From positions 1,011,806 to 1,075,805 of the forward strand of contig NW_005434666.1 in assembly GCF_000315625.1 (NCBI RefSeq): DNA of 64,000 nucleotides, in the 5' to 3' direction. This document shows, piece after piece, positions 49,498-61,175 of this stretch (position 1 is its first letter; the number at the start of each line of letters is the position of its first letter). This DNA is from Guillardia theta CCMP2712 (lineage: Eukaryota > Protista > Cryptophyta). The notes beneath the pieces are model-generated. The model was not told the DNA's origin. It worked only from the letters and a program-made list of their open reading frames with translations, and did no database searches. The translations under genes and the position numbers were made by a program.

Positions 49498-50686
49498 ATG
49501 GCAATGAGGCGACACTTGTTGCCTGGCATGCGCATGGTTCATCTAAGCAGGAGAACTTCCAATGCCTCTCTGTCCCCTCCTCGCCCTTCTTCTTGCTACC
49601 AATCACATCCCCATGCTCGCTTCCAGGGCACACATCATCACAGTGATCATCGCTGCTATCATATCGCGATGCTGAAACAGTATCCCACCGCAATGTTGTT
49701 GAAACAGAGTTTTGGGGCCGTACTGGAGCAGAAGTTCGTTGGCTGGAGAGATGGTGGTTGGAGGAGGATCAATCAAGAGTCGAAGGGGAGGCGAAGATGG
49801 CATGATATGGAGGATGCAGCGAGGAACATAGAGAACGGAGGTGCTGACAGCGTTGAGATGCTGGTCACTGTTCTATCGGAGGAGTCCAGAGAACAGCTTT
49901 TGAACGAGCTCATGAAAAAGAAGCAAGAACCAAAAGAAGATGTCTTTGAGATGGAAGCAACCAAGATAAGGATGTCAGATTTCAAGCAGTTGGATACGAA
50001 CGCGGATGGGGTGAGGCGCGAGAAGTGTGGAAATGTTTTGACACCTGTTTTCCAGGTGATCGACTCTGAAGAGTTTGAGAATTTCATCAAGTCAAGATCA
50101 GCGCCTCCTGAGGAGCCGAGCATGCAACAACTGTGGCTGGTCGGAACAGCAAGTGCTGTCCCATTTATAGGGTGAGAGAAACTTTCTTGTGCACGATGAC
50201 TGAGGTGTGTGGTGATTAGGTTCGGCTTCATGGACAATGCCATCATGATTCTTGCAGGCGAGATTATTGAGCTGAAGATTGGGGCCATCTTCAGCATATC
50301 AACAATGGCAGCGGCTGCCATCGGGAACTTGATATCCGACGTTGCCGGAGTTGGGATGGGAAGTTATGTGGAGAAGGTTGCAAGGAAGATCGGTTTTAAG
50401 GAGCCGAATCTCTCACCTGAGCAAGTGATACTTGGTGATTGCATGTGCCCCAGTCTCCTCATGCGCTTGTTTACGCAGATGGACCTTAGAAGCACACAGA
50501 TCGCCAGCAATGCCGGAGCAGCATTTGGGGTTTCGTTGGGATGTTTCCTAGGCATGTTTCCTCTCCTGTTCTACTCACATCATGGTTTGTTCGTTCTATT
50601 GATTTTCAGATACTTCTTTCCCTATGTTGAACTTTTTCACAGATGATGATGACAAATGTAAATGTGTGGCTGCTGAAGAAGAATAG
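49498..50686 (+). CDS. TMEM65: TMEM65-like mitochondrial inner-membrane protein with an N-terminal EF-hand
   Basis: TMEM65-like core: VPFIGFGFMDNAIMILAGEIIE..STMAAAAIGNLISDVAG..GCFLGMFPLLF. EF loop DTNADG-VIDSEEF spans intron 50011-50056. The R/S-rich N-terminus resembles a mitochondrial presequence. Confidence 0.85.
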
Positions 50687-51104
50687 GCGATATTTAGAGA
50701 TTTTTGTTTTTTTCTTTACTACTGTTAAGATTGTGCTCTCCTACTCTTGATGATGATCTGCTTTTGAAACAAATTGTCAAAACAAAGACATCAGAATTGA
50801 CAAAGACATCAGAACTTCCAAGCAGTTCACATGAAAGCGGCATACACCAAATCAAACACTGCATGGATCACTTCAGTGGTATGACATCTGGAACAGCACA
50901 CATGATTACCGGGAGAAAGGGCGAATGAATATTAGGTGTTATCTCTTAGCATGCGTGGAGGATACTTCATCAGCATTATCACGATGCTGCCGAGGACGTG
51001 GTGCTGCCGCACCGCCTGCGGCGCATCCTAGTAGCTTTTGAAGTTCTACCAGGCCGTCTCTCACTTTTCGAGCATGTTTATCAAACAAATCATACGCAAA
51101 ATTT

Positions 51105-51638
51105 CTATTCCGTGCGGACGACGCCAGCACGCATCTGCTGAGAGGCGAGGCAGTTGGGGCTCTTCTTGGCAAACTGCGACTCATGTTAGACACCTTGAAA
51201 TCCACCAGCAAAACGCTCACCTGTCCCCCAACTGCGTTAACAAAGCGACGGATGTACTGGATGCGACGCTTGGCACGGCCAGTCTTCTTCTTCTTCTTGT
51301 CCTGTTTCTCTACCTTTGGTGTCTGACCGCGAACCTTACCGGCACGGGCAAGGGAACCGTGCTGCTTTCCTGTGACAAAGCCGTTACCTCATAGCGGCGG
51401 ATCACTCTGATCACTTCTTACCTCCACGAAGGGGAGCGAAAACATCGAGGACGGCAGAGTTTGAGACGTCATAGTCATCAAGTGTGCAAACATCCTCCAA
51501 GATTCTTCCGTTGTAAGAGATCTCAGGGCAAACAATCCCCTTCTCGCTCTGGAGCCTCTGCTTGATGAGCTCGATGCTGTCGCAGGCGTCGCAGTCGACG
51601 GTCTGAGCGCCCGAAGATGTTCGGATGGTAATCTGCAT
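51105..51638 (-). CDS. RPS30: Ubiquitin-like domain fused to 40S ribosomal protein eS30 (FAU-type)
   Basis: UBL segment [34 protein letters not shown], then spliced [47 protein letters not shown] at 51105-51107. Confidence 0.92.
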
Positions 51639-52728
51639 TCTGACTTGCCTGCTGTACATAATGGTCAAAATGTGATGAAACGAGCAATCAGTTCAAATAT
51701 TAGGTAGGGGATGGTTAATCAAAAAACTATTCTTCTATCCAAATGCAGTCTTCATTCATCTCTTCATACTAAGTGATTTTCATAGGATTTTCTTTCGTTG
51801 ACAGCAATAGGAAGCATTCAAGAGAAGGTGTTCATCCAAATCAACACAACATAGGAAGCATCAAGAATGAACGAACAGAATGTGCAAGAGACCCATCAAA
51901 TCCATGTGTCTCGTTTCCAGCACGAAGGACAGCATGCATGAAGTTTCTAGTAATCATGAGCTACAAGAGAATCACTGGAAATTATTCAGAATTGCCACTC
52001 TTCTCTTCCGCATGGAAATGCCAAATGGAACATGCAGAAATTATCCTAAATGTAAGAAGATACGTTTTGAGTGTATATGCTGATGGTTCTGATCACAACG
52101 AGATGATAAAGAATAATGTGAACACCCACGAAAGGAAACTAGATAAATCGAACTATCCCTCTGTCTTCCTTTCCTGACCGTCATTCCATCTCCTCGTCAT
52201 CGTCATCAAATTCCCTGATGCACATCCAGTCAGGTGAATAGATCCTCGTTGTGTATCCTCCTTGGCATCCCCATGTTCCTCCTCCTGTCCTGATCCTAAT
52301 TTGCATCTGACTCTCGCTGCTCTCCCTTCCAGCCATCATCTTCTCCGTCCATGTTACTTCACATGGTTCTGCATCGCAGCAGCAACTGGCGGCAAGGGGG
52401 TGGGTCACCCCTCCGTCTTAGAGGGGTTATGAAGACCGGTATATTTTACCAACATTTCTACGTTCAAGCTGGGGTAAGGTGATCTAAAACCGGGGTGGTC
52501 GAAATATGAGGTCCTTTCCCACCCCTTAGAAACCTGAGGAAGAGACGGGTGGCTAAAAAAAGAGACTCGTGCCCAAGAGTTTTTTTTATCCTCGTGGGGC
52601 CTGAGGAGGATGAGGGCCTGGATGAGGGCATCACCTTGAGTTAGGGGATGAGGGGGATGAAGAGAATTGAGGCGGACACGGGGCCGAAAAAGTAAGGAGG
52701 GGATGAGGGGCTTTTTATACGTGAGGCC

Positions 52729-54705
52729 ATGCGGATCGAGTTAGTGGTAGGGATATGCTTGAGTGCGATGGCGGCGGGTCAGGAGGAGATGAGAGGACCA
52801 TGCCATCGACTGCAAGCAGGGTTTGCTCCGTCAATGCATATCAGGAGAAAGTTCACAAGCCTGCCCCATCGCGAGGAGAATGTTTGCGGGCTGAGGAGCG
52901 TAGGGATGAAGGTCAAGGGCGAGGGTGAGGTCAAGAGACGAGGAATGGAGCAGATGGATCAGGTGGAACTCTGGATGATCGAGAAGAAGGTCAGAGCAGC
53001 AGATCTGGAGCATGCTTTCATTCCTAGGAAGCATGGAGACGTGAGAGGAATAGTTGCCAAGAAAGAGATGCAGCTCGACGAGACGATGGTTCGACTTCCA
53101 CGTGACGCGTAAGCTCCTCACGACCCTGAAGTAGGCCTTGGTTGACTGACTCCCTTCAAATCCAGTGTCTTGTGTGTCAAGGGCAACGAACCTTGTCCCG
53201 ACGATAAGTTGCTTGAATTTTGGAATCGATATGACAAGTGGTACGTGCGACTGGGATTAAAACTTTTGATGGAGCAGAGGAAGGGGAGCAAGAGCGCGAT
53301 CTGGGGATACATCCGACTTCTTCCTGAAGTTGACCAAGTACAGAACTTCCCGTGTGAGTGGGACGAGGAGCTTCTAGACGAGCTCAAGTGCGAGTCAATC
53401 ATCGCGAGCGTGAAGAAACAGAAAAAAGTATGGGCGGAGATGGTACAAGAATTCCCCAAGCTGTGTCCAGGCAGCGACTTTAGCGCGCAAGAGCTTCGAT
53501 GGTCATGGCACATGTAAGAGGACAGGAGATAGATGGAAACCTCGTGAGACTGCATGGCAAACAGGTGCTTGAGCAGAGCCTTTGCGGGCCAGTTCGGTGG
53601 AGGAATGCTCAGCATGGTAGGACACATTCAGTAAGTTTCTCTCCCGTAACTTGTTTGTCCAGATCCCTGTCGTCGGGCTAGTTATCGAGCTGCTTGCAAG
53701 CTTGTACGATGTTACAGCCTCCCACTTCGTTTGTCATCCTTGCTGGCAGGAATCCATCCAAGGATGACTTTGCTTTGCTGCCCATTATTGACTCTTGCAA
53801 CCATGACGGGTGAATGTTTTCTTTCTTGTTTGTAGATGTTCATGTTATCATAGACGGATCAACAAGACAGACTTGGTCTTCAACCCATTGAGCAACGAAC
53901 TGATTCTGCGCAATGGACAAGGAACCTTAAAAGCAGGGTTCGTACCGACAGACAACTCTGCTCTTACACTTTTCCTCTTCTCTGCCTCGCCCCCTTCCTC
54001 GCATGTTGCTTCATATGTGAATGCTGGTGGCAGGGAAGAAGTTCGAATCACCTACGGAACGCTGGACAACGACGAGCTGCTGTAAGCTGAAGTGGTGAGA
54101 GAGTGGTGCTGAAGGTGAGCAGGCAGAGGTTTGGGTTCGTAGAAGACAACTGTCTGCATGACAAGGTGAAGATCGGCATCAACGACATAGCAGAAGCCAT
54201 GCAGGCGAGTCATGCTGAACGAGACATCCTCTGGCGGGTGACGAGTGCAATCAGGTCGAAGGAGGAGGAGAAGCGTTGCAGGAGAGGCTGTTGGAGGCAG
54301 GTCTAGGTTCTGCTTGCCTGGATGAGCTTGTGATAGGAAGGTGCGCGACCTCTCTGCTCCTTTCCTTGCTAAGTTGCTTGCTGAGCAGAAGGGGAGCTGT
54401 AGACAGACCAGCTGAGGTCCAGCTTGCGCTCGGGATTCTCTTCGGTGAAGCTGGCAAGGGGGTATCGAGCTTCGAAAGAGTGTCGTCGGAGGTGCTGGGA
54501 AGGTGAAGGGCTATTGACAAGTCGCACAAGGTGAAGTTTGCGCAGGGTATGCCAGCACGTGCTCTTGGGCAAGTACGCTGTGGGCGACCTCCAGGTCGGA
54601 GCGGGTGGGGATGGTGCCAGCGAGGTGCAGGTCAACCTGGTGAAGGAGTACCGGGAGGCAAGAGCGAGCGTTCTCCGGGAGGCTATCCTAGTGCACAACA
54701 AATGA
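52729..54705 (+). CDS. SET-domain protein lysine methyltransferase, Rubisco-LSMT-like, with a possible bipartite plastid-targeting leader
   Basis: GDVRGIVAKKEM; SAIWGYIRLLP; LRWSWH..SRAF; FALLPIIDSCNHD; EEVRITYGTLDNDELL..FGFV. Signal-like N-terminus followed by AGFAPS. TGA at 54703-54705. Confidence 0.85.
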
Positions 54706-54788
54706 TATTCTGTATTCATCGCACATACTCCTCTTCATCATCATTCGCATGCGTCTGCCTCCCTCGTGACATCCAGCTGACCAGACTC

Positions 54789-57184
54789 TTACACCTTGTG
54801 GCCTCTTGACCTCAGGATGTTGTTGATCTTGGTCTGCAGCTGAGGAGCGATGGGCTTGCCGTTGGGAGGGATCGCTGCCCACTCTCGCCTTACCCGCTCT
54901 CGAACGGTTTCAAAGTCGTCGAAGACCCCTGGAATCGGGCGCTTGTTGTACACGACCTGCAGAAAGTCAGCAAGTCGAGCAAGTTCATGTTGCTCTTATC
55001 CTCCCCACCTTGAGAACAGGCTCCATCCCCTTGCAAGCTGGATCTCCAAGAGGGTAGACCATCGGAGGGGCTCCAGGAGACTCGCGGCAGACGAACAAGC
55101 GTCCTGGCAGAGATGTCTGCGAGGCAGCTTTCAGTCCCTGCCCCATGGAAGCAGAGAGGAGGAGGGGGAGGAGGAGGAGGAGGAGGAGGAGGAGGAGGAG
55201 GAGGAGGAGAAACCTTTGCCGACGATGTCTTGGGAGTCTTCATGACGTCCCGCTCCTCTCCGTTGGCATACACGAGGTGGCTCAACTGTACAGGAGCTCG
55301 TGGGCCGACGATGGAGCAGAGCAGCAAGCAACTTGACGTACCTTGGTGGCAAAAGACATCGTGTCTCTGTTCACTTTCTGGAGCAGGGCTCCTCCCATAC
55401 CGAATGCAACATTCATGGCGGAAAACTTTGCCTCAAGGACGGCGTCAAGAATCTTCTGGACATTCTGAAATGGCAGGAAGAATAAGAAACTCGGCGCACA
55501 CAAACATTCTCAGTCCACTGACCTGGTAGTTGATCCCATCACCCTGGATGACAGCAGCTGAGTTGATAACCTTGAAGCCTTTGGAATTCGTGGTGCAGCC
55601 GAAAGTTTTCTCAGCGGCATACAAACCCTTCATGACAGCCTCAACAGGGTCGCCCGAGTCCGGCCTCAGGACGATTGTTCCACCCTTGGCCACCTTCGCC
55701 TCAGCAACTTTCGGAAGCACTACGTTCAATGCGTTGTCGTAGTCGTAGGAATCCATCACGCAGGCAAAGAGCCCATCGCCGAAATGTTCGATCTCGTTCA
55801 ACATAGCAGCTTCTTCGGATTCCCAGGCCGTCATAACACTTGGGAATCATCGGTTAGATCGAAGCTTGAAGCAAGTGAGGTCTTCACCTGTGCTCCGTCG
55901 CCGGGATGCTTGTTCCCACCGGCTTGCCCCCGTTGAGATGAAACTGAACGTGATAGCACGCAGACATGGTGTCGGACCCTTCGAAGTTGAGCAGGTGGGC
56001 TGATCCTCCGAGAACAGCCTGATTTTGACACTTCAGTTTGACAACCTAGTGGACTTGTTCCTGGTCTTACTTGCTCGACGGATGTGCAGCCTCGGAAACC
56101 GAAATCGTGAAGACGGCTGTCCAGCAACCACATCTAATCCTCGCGTCAATACTTGTCAACAAATAGTGAAGAACTCACCAGTTCATCGTCGACAGACTTC
56201 TTGAAAGATCTTTCGATGAGGTCTCTCGTATATCTCGACAGGGTTGCAACGCATGTGGGGTACCAGATCTGACAAGAAATTTCAGCAGGAGAAGAGCCAG
56301 AGAAATGTCTTGACCATCGTCAGGATCGTTTCGAGATAAGTGCACAGCCTGCTGTACTCCTCTTCTGCCGTGATTATGAAGCATGGAGTGTGAATGTACG
56401 CGACTGTTCCCTAGAAGTGAACGATCAAAGACTGGCAGACGTCATCGACTTCATGCACCTCTGGGAGGGCTTCGATGGTGACCGGGAGGTATCCGTCGTT
56501 CTCGTTGATGAACTTGTAAAAGAGATCTTTTGGGAATGGATAGGGAGTGAAGCCAGCCTTGTGTGTCCTTCCATTCCCGTCAGATTCACACGAACAAATA
56601 GCGGCTTCTCTCACTTGTAAAAAATCTCTGCTGCATCTACATCCGCCTTGCACCATTTGCGATTGACAAAGTTCTCGATGTAATGCCTCATGCCGTAGAA
56701 AACAAACCTATTGTCTTCCATGTTTGGAAAAGGCTCACGAAACTCTCCGTATGCCGACATGCTGATTATGAATTAATGGTCCAAAAGCGCAAGGGAGCTA
56801 TATAGCACCTTTTGCATTCTGGATACATCAGGAAATGTCCAGCCTTGTATGAATCTGTCATCACCGACATGGGGCATTCCAGCGTTCGCAGGCCAGAAAT
56901 CAACTCCAAAGGATACACGTGCCCTACAGCAGACAAATCAGCATAGCAGAGATGTACCCACAGCCAACAATACAAGACAAGACTCACCTGATGTGCCATG
57001 CGACAACCTCAGGCTCAACTTCTTGATTTGCTCGTGGAGCTCAGAGTTCTCTTTCTTGAGAGCCTCATTCTGTTCGCTGATCTCTTTCTCCTGGAAACAC
57101 ATGTCATACGCATTTACAACAGATCGATGCCCCGTGCCCCATTAATCGCACTTTCTCTCTCTCGAAACTGACACACGAAACCAT
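54789..57184 (-). CDS. NAMPT: Nicotinamide phosphoribosyltransferase with an N-terminal coiled-coil extension; start uncertain
   Basis: TDSYKAGHFLMYP; RLHDFGFRG; IPATEHSVMTAW; CVMDSYD; VLRPDSGDP; IQGDGIN; NVAFGMGGALLQKVNRDTMSFATK. TAA at 54789-54791. Confidence 0.9.
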
Positions 57185-57739
57185 GCTGACACGCCAGATT
57201 GAGTTCTCGTACACTTTTCGAGCGGGATGTTCTATCAGAGTCCTTCTGTTTCTACCTCTCTGTCCCACCACTGACAGCGTTCAAATTCTATCTGTCAGAC
57301 CTCTTGCATGCTTCTACAAGACTGAAGCAGTTTGTACGTAATGGATCCCATCTCCTATGCGTTCAGCTGGAACAACACGATGTTTGACTAGGATCAATGT
57401 CCTCCCAACCAACTCATATCACACCAACTCATATCACACCATGTCTACTTGTGCTACCTATCTAGTATGTCCCCACTCTCCCTTGCACTTTCTGCTTCTG
57501 GGTTCCAAAACACTCAATCCTCTGTATTCGATCATCACAATCGCTTCGAATCTTCTTGCTTCTGCACCTTGACATGCATCTAGAATATCTCCTGATTTTT
57601 CGCATTTATGTCTGACTCACTCCCTCTCCTTCCTCACACATATCGTCTCCCTCCTCATCCTTCTCCTCCTCTCCTCCTCCTCGTGCAGCTGCGCTTACCG
57701 GCCGTCCCGTCGCCATCGCTCGTCGTTAACGCCACCCAG

Positions 57740-58170
57740 ACTACCCCCACCCTCTTCCCAGCTGCACACAAATGGGGTTGCAGGAGCAGAATGTGGGGTG
57801 GGTGAAAACAAGTGTGGGTGTTGGGAGCGTGGCTGGGGTGGGGGTGTATTATTTGTACCAACAGCCAATGGAAATTGGGGGGTATATGGAAATTTGGGGT
57901 GAAAAATTTGGGGTGGGGTAGATGACAAATAGTTGACCTAATAGGGTGGTATGTGATTTCCACCGTCCCACCCCCCAACACTGAGAATATAATGTTTTTA
58001 AAGGTAACTTTCAAGAGGGGGTGGGATGTTAGTGAATTGACGACATTGAGGGGTGGGTGGAAGGGTAACATTTTCGGGGGGGTAGTTTTCAGCAAGAGCT
58101 GATGGAAAATGGTAGGGTAGGTGGTAGGGACAGGGTGGTTTATGCTCAAGACGAGGGGTAGGGTGGCATG
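57740..58170. promoter_or_regulatory. GGGGT/GGGTA-rich putative bidirectional promoter between NAMPT and PIP5K
   Basis: Dense GGGGT(A/G) and GGTAGGG motifs in a head-to-head interval. Same motif family as 6361-7090, 40380-40480, 52395-52710 and 63580-63760. Confidence 0.45.
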
Positions 58171-58734
58171 GAGTGGTGAAGGGCAGGCAACAAGAAAATG
58201 CAGGGAGCCTAGGGGAGGAGGTGAAGGGAAACGAAGGAAGAGGAAGCGAAGGGGAGCGACGTGGAGAACGAGAAGATGTGAAGGGCAAGGAAAAGCTCGA
58301 GGAGGTAGAAAGATCTGAATAGGATGAGAGAGTGGAAGTACGAGGAGTGAAGACTGCTGTGTATTTGTGTCAGGGCATGAAGGCGGCGTAGTGGTTGAGA
58401 ATGGAGGCTTCTTTGTTGCGATGAAGACAAAATCATGTTCAGTCTAGTCCATCGAAACTGGTTAGAGGAAGGAAGTGGAACGAAGGAAATTTCGACAGGA
58501 CAGGTAGACGAATACTGCAAAACAAAATGGAACGACGATTCGGATGTAGGAAAGTTCAGTTGTGAAGTTGCTGAAAAATCTGTCTTATACAGGGAATCTT
58601 TCGGAGCTTTACCTCTTCACTTATTCTCGGTATACCGATAAGATTCAAGTGCTACCAAGAGAGGTGAAAGATAGGATGAATCAGTGAGTTGCTACTTGCC
58701 AGTACCCACCTGCAGTGTCAACATGGCTTGAGCG

Positions 58735-61015
58735 ATGAACCACACGACATTCTTTCGGAGGAGCCCGTTTGCTCCTGATGGAGACTCAAGTACAAGTAGG
58801 AACATCAGGAGCAGCCAGGGTGGCAGCGCTCCGCATGCCCCGCAAGATTCTTGGGCGCTGAATCCCTTCTCGCGAATACAGCAGTGGAAGGATGTCGTGC
58901 AAAACTCCTTGTTCGGCCCTACAGGTGAGAAGCGGTGGCCGGTGCGTCTAGGAGCTGACTCATGGGCTGTAAGACACCGACAAGGGGCCTGAGGGAGACG
59001 AGCATCCGAAGCCTGTTGAGCCCAGAGTAGCTGATCCAGCGGTGGTGTTGGACAACCACGAGGACGGTTCTCAGTTTGTTCGGAAGTCTCTGCAAGGCTT
59101 GCGCCGGGGTATCTTGTCCCAGGTTTTTGGAGAGTAGAAGGTTGAAGTTTGTGAAGTGACTTTCTCCGTCAGCTGGATGTAGTACAACATTCTTCGGATG
59201 ATCCGGCGAGTAGGGGGGATTTTGCTATTACCCTTGACATGTAAGGCCTTGTTTGACTTGTCCAGTCTCGTTTTGTCTCACGAGTGATGGTGTCTTTAGG
59301 AGTGGAGAGAGCGATGGCGGTGGTGAATCGAGTCATGGTTCTGCTGATGCGCAAGCGACTGCATCGGCTTCTCGTCCTGTACACTTTATCTCATACAGCC
59401 CGCTTGTTTTTGCGTGTCTAAGGCACGGGCTCAATATCTCGGAGGTGGAATACCGAGCGTCGTTCGAAGAGAACGTCTTTCGGGTCTTGAAACCTGCAAC
59501 ATCGAAGAGCGGCAGATGCTTTTTCATGACAAGAGATGAGAAGTTCATACTCAAATCCCTTGTAAGAGCAGAGGCTGATTTCATGTTGGACATGCTTTGT
59601 CACTATTTCGAGGTGATGGTTGTTTTTGGTTGAACTCGTGATGTGACAATATGCTCAGCATGTGACGAAGCATCCACAAACTTTGCTCCCAAGATACTGT
59701 GGCTTGTATGTGGTGAACGAAAAAGGAAGAGAGGTGATAATAAGTGTCGAAGCCAATGCTTTCAGTTCCGACTGCCCAGTACACGAGAGATACGATCTCA
59801 AGGTGAGAAATTAAAGCATCACTGCACTGTAAGATTCTCAAGAATGTTGTAGGGCTCAGTAGTTGGAAGGATGACAGCAAAGGAGGACAAGATCAAGGAC
59901 CCCGACGTAATTCTCAAGGATTTAGACCTTACACGCCAGCTTCCCCTGGGCCTGGCAAACAGATCTTTGCTGCTTCTGCAGTTGCGAGCAGATTGCCAGG
60001 TGAGATATCGAATTCGCATCATGTCTCCTGACAAGGCTGGCAGTTCTTGGAAAGTTTGGAGATTGTTGATTACAGTTTGCTACTTGGTGTGCATCATCCG
60101 AATCAGGAGCCACGGCAAGCAAGACAGTCTCTGGAAACCGAACTGCAAGACTCCTTGTTCATCTCTGACCACAGTGATACAAACGTCTCTAAAGCTGAAG
60201 CCTCGGCGGATGTGCCCCCGGATGCTGGACATGAATCTGACCACAGATATCGCCCGTTGTCGCTGTCGTCCGAGGACGGTGCCCCCCATGACTTTGAGAT
60301 CAGCAATCTGCGAAACATCAGCGTGTTGGACTCGGGGGACTTTGATTCTAAGATCACCTTCAATACAGACAAGGTATGTGAGCTCCGTGACAGGTTCTGG
60401 TATGGACTCACATTGTCGCACAGGTTGTAGTGATTCTAGTGGCAGTCGGGGACACCAAGTGCGCAGCTCTATGTAGGCAAGCAGTCGTTGCAGTCGAGAG
60501 CGCCTTGGAGACTGAGGAGAAGCTCAAGGGGCTGGAAGGAGTTGTGCTGAACCTCGACACTTGTACTCCGCATCTCATCACCTCTCTTCGAGCTTTCAAC
60601 GTCCCCTCCATCCTCTGCTTCAACGCCGGCAACGAGGTGGAGAGGATGATCGGAGCCCCGTCCCAACGGTGCCTGTGCGAATCCCTTACGAAGCTCGTGG
60701 CTCTCAAGTCAGGGGAAAAGGGAAACAGGAAAAGTTGGGCAGCGGGACCGTCGACTTCGGTACTGCGCAAGGACTGGAACGGGGTGGAAGGGACGGAGGG
60801 AGACGTGTTCTACTTTGGAATTGTGGATGTTCTGCAGCCATACACTCTGAAGAAGCAGCTGGAACATTCTCTCAAGTCGTTGGTTCAAGACAAGAAGAAG
60901 ATGACGATCGTTGAACCAGCGCTCTACTCCCAGCGCTTTCAGGTCTGCATCCCTTGTAGAAGATGTTGATGAGCTGATAGGTTGACAGGCGTACATCAGC
61001 AGCATCCTCATTTAA
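58735..61015 (+). CDS. Type I phosphatidylinositol-4-phosphate 5-kinase with a thioredoxin-fold domain inserted in the catalytic core
   Basis: PIPK motifs: YSPLVFACLR; SKSGRCFFMTRDEKFILKSL; RYDLKGS; ILKDLD; DCQFLESLEIVDYSLLLGVH; YFGIVDVLQPYTLKKQLEHSLK; TIVEPALYSQRF. A Trx-like insert lies at ~60300-60705. TAA at 61013-61015. Confidence 0.9.
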
Positions 61016-61175
61016 CACAGAGCAAGTCGTCAGCTACCTCAAGGTGCCTTTCCTTGAGGTCGGTCTGTTGCAGGAAGTTTTATTTTTTTCTCTTATGGAT
61101 TTCTATGAACAAGAACCGTTTTCATGCCAAGGTCTTGGTAGCTGCTGCAGCTGTCGTGTTTCTCTCCTTCCCACC

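Noticed and set aside
52270-52312. MQIRIRTGGG (minus strand) resembling the UBL start [10 protein letters not shown] upstream of the eS30 gene
   Set aside because: Similarity covers under 30 nt and does not continue, so it cannot be distinguished from chance.
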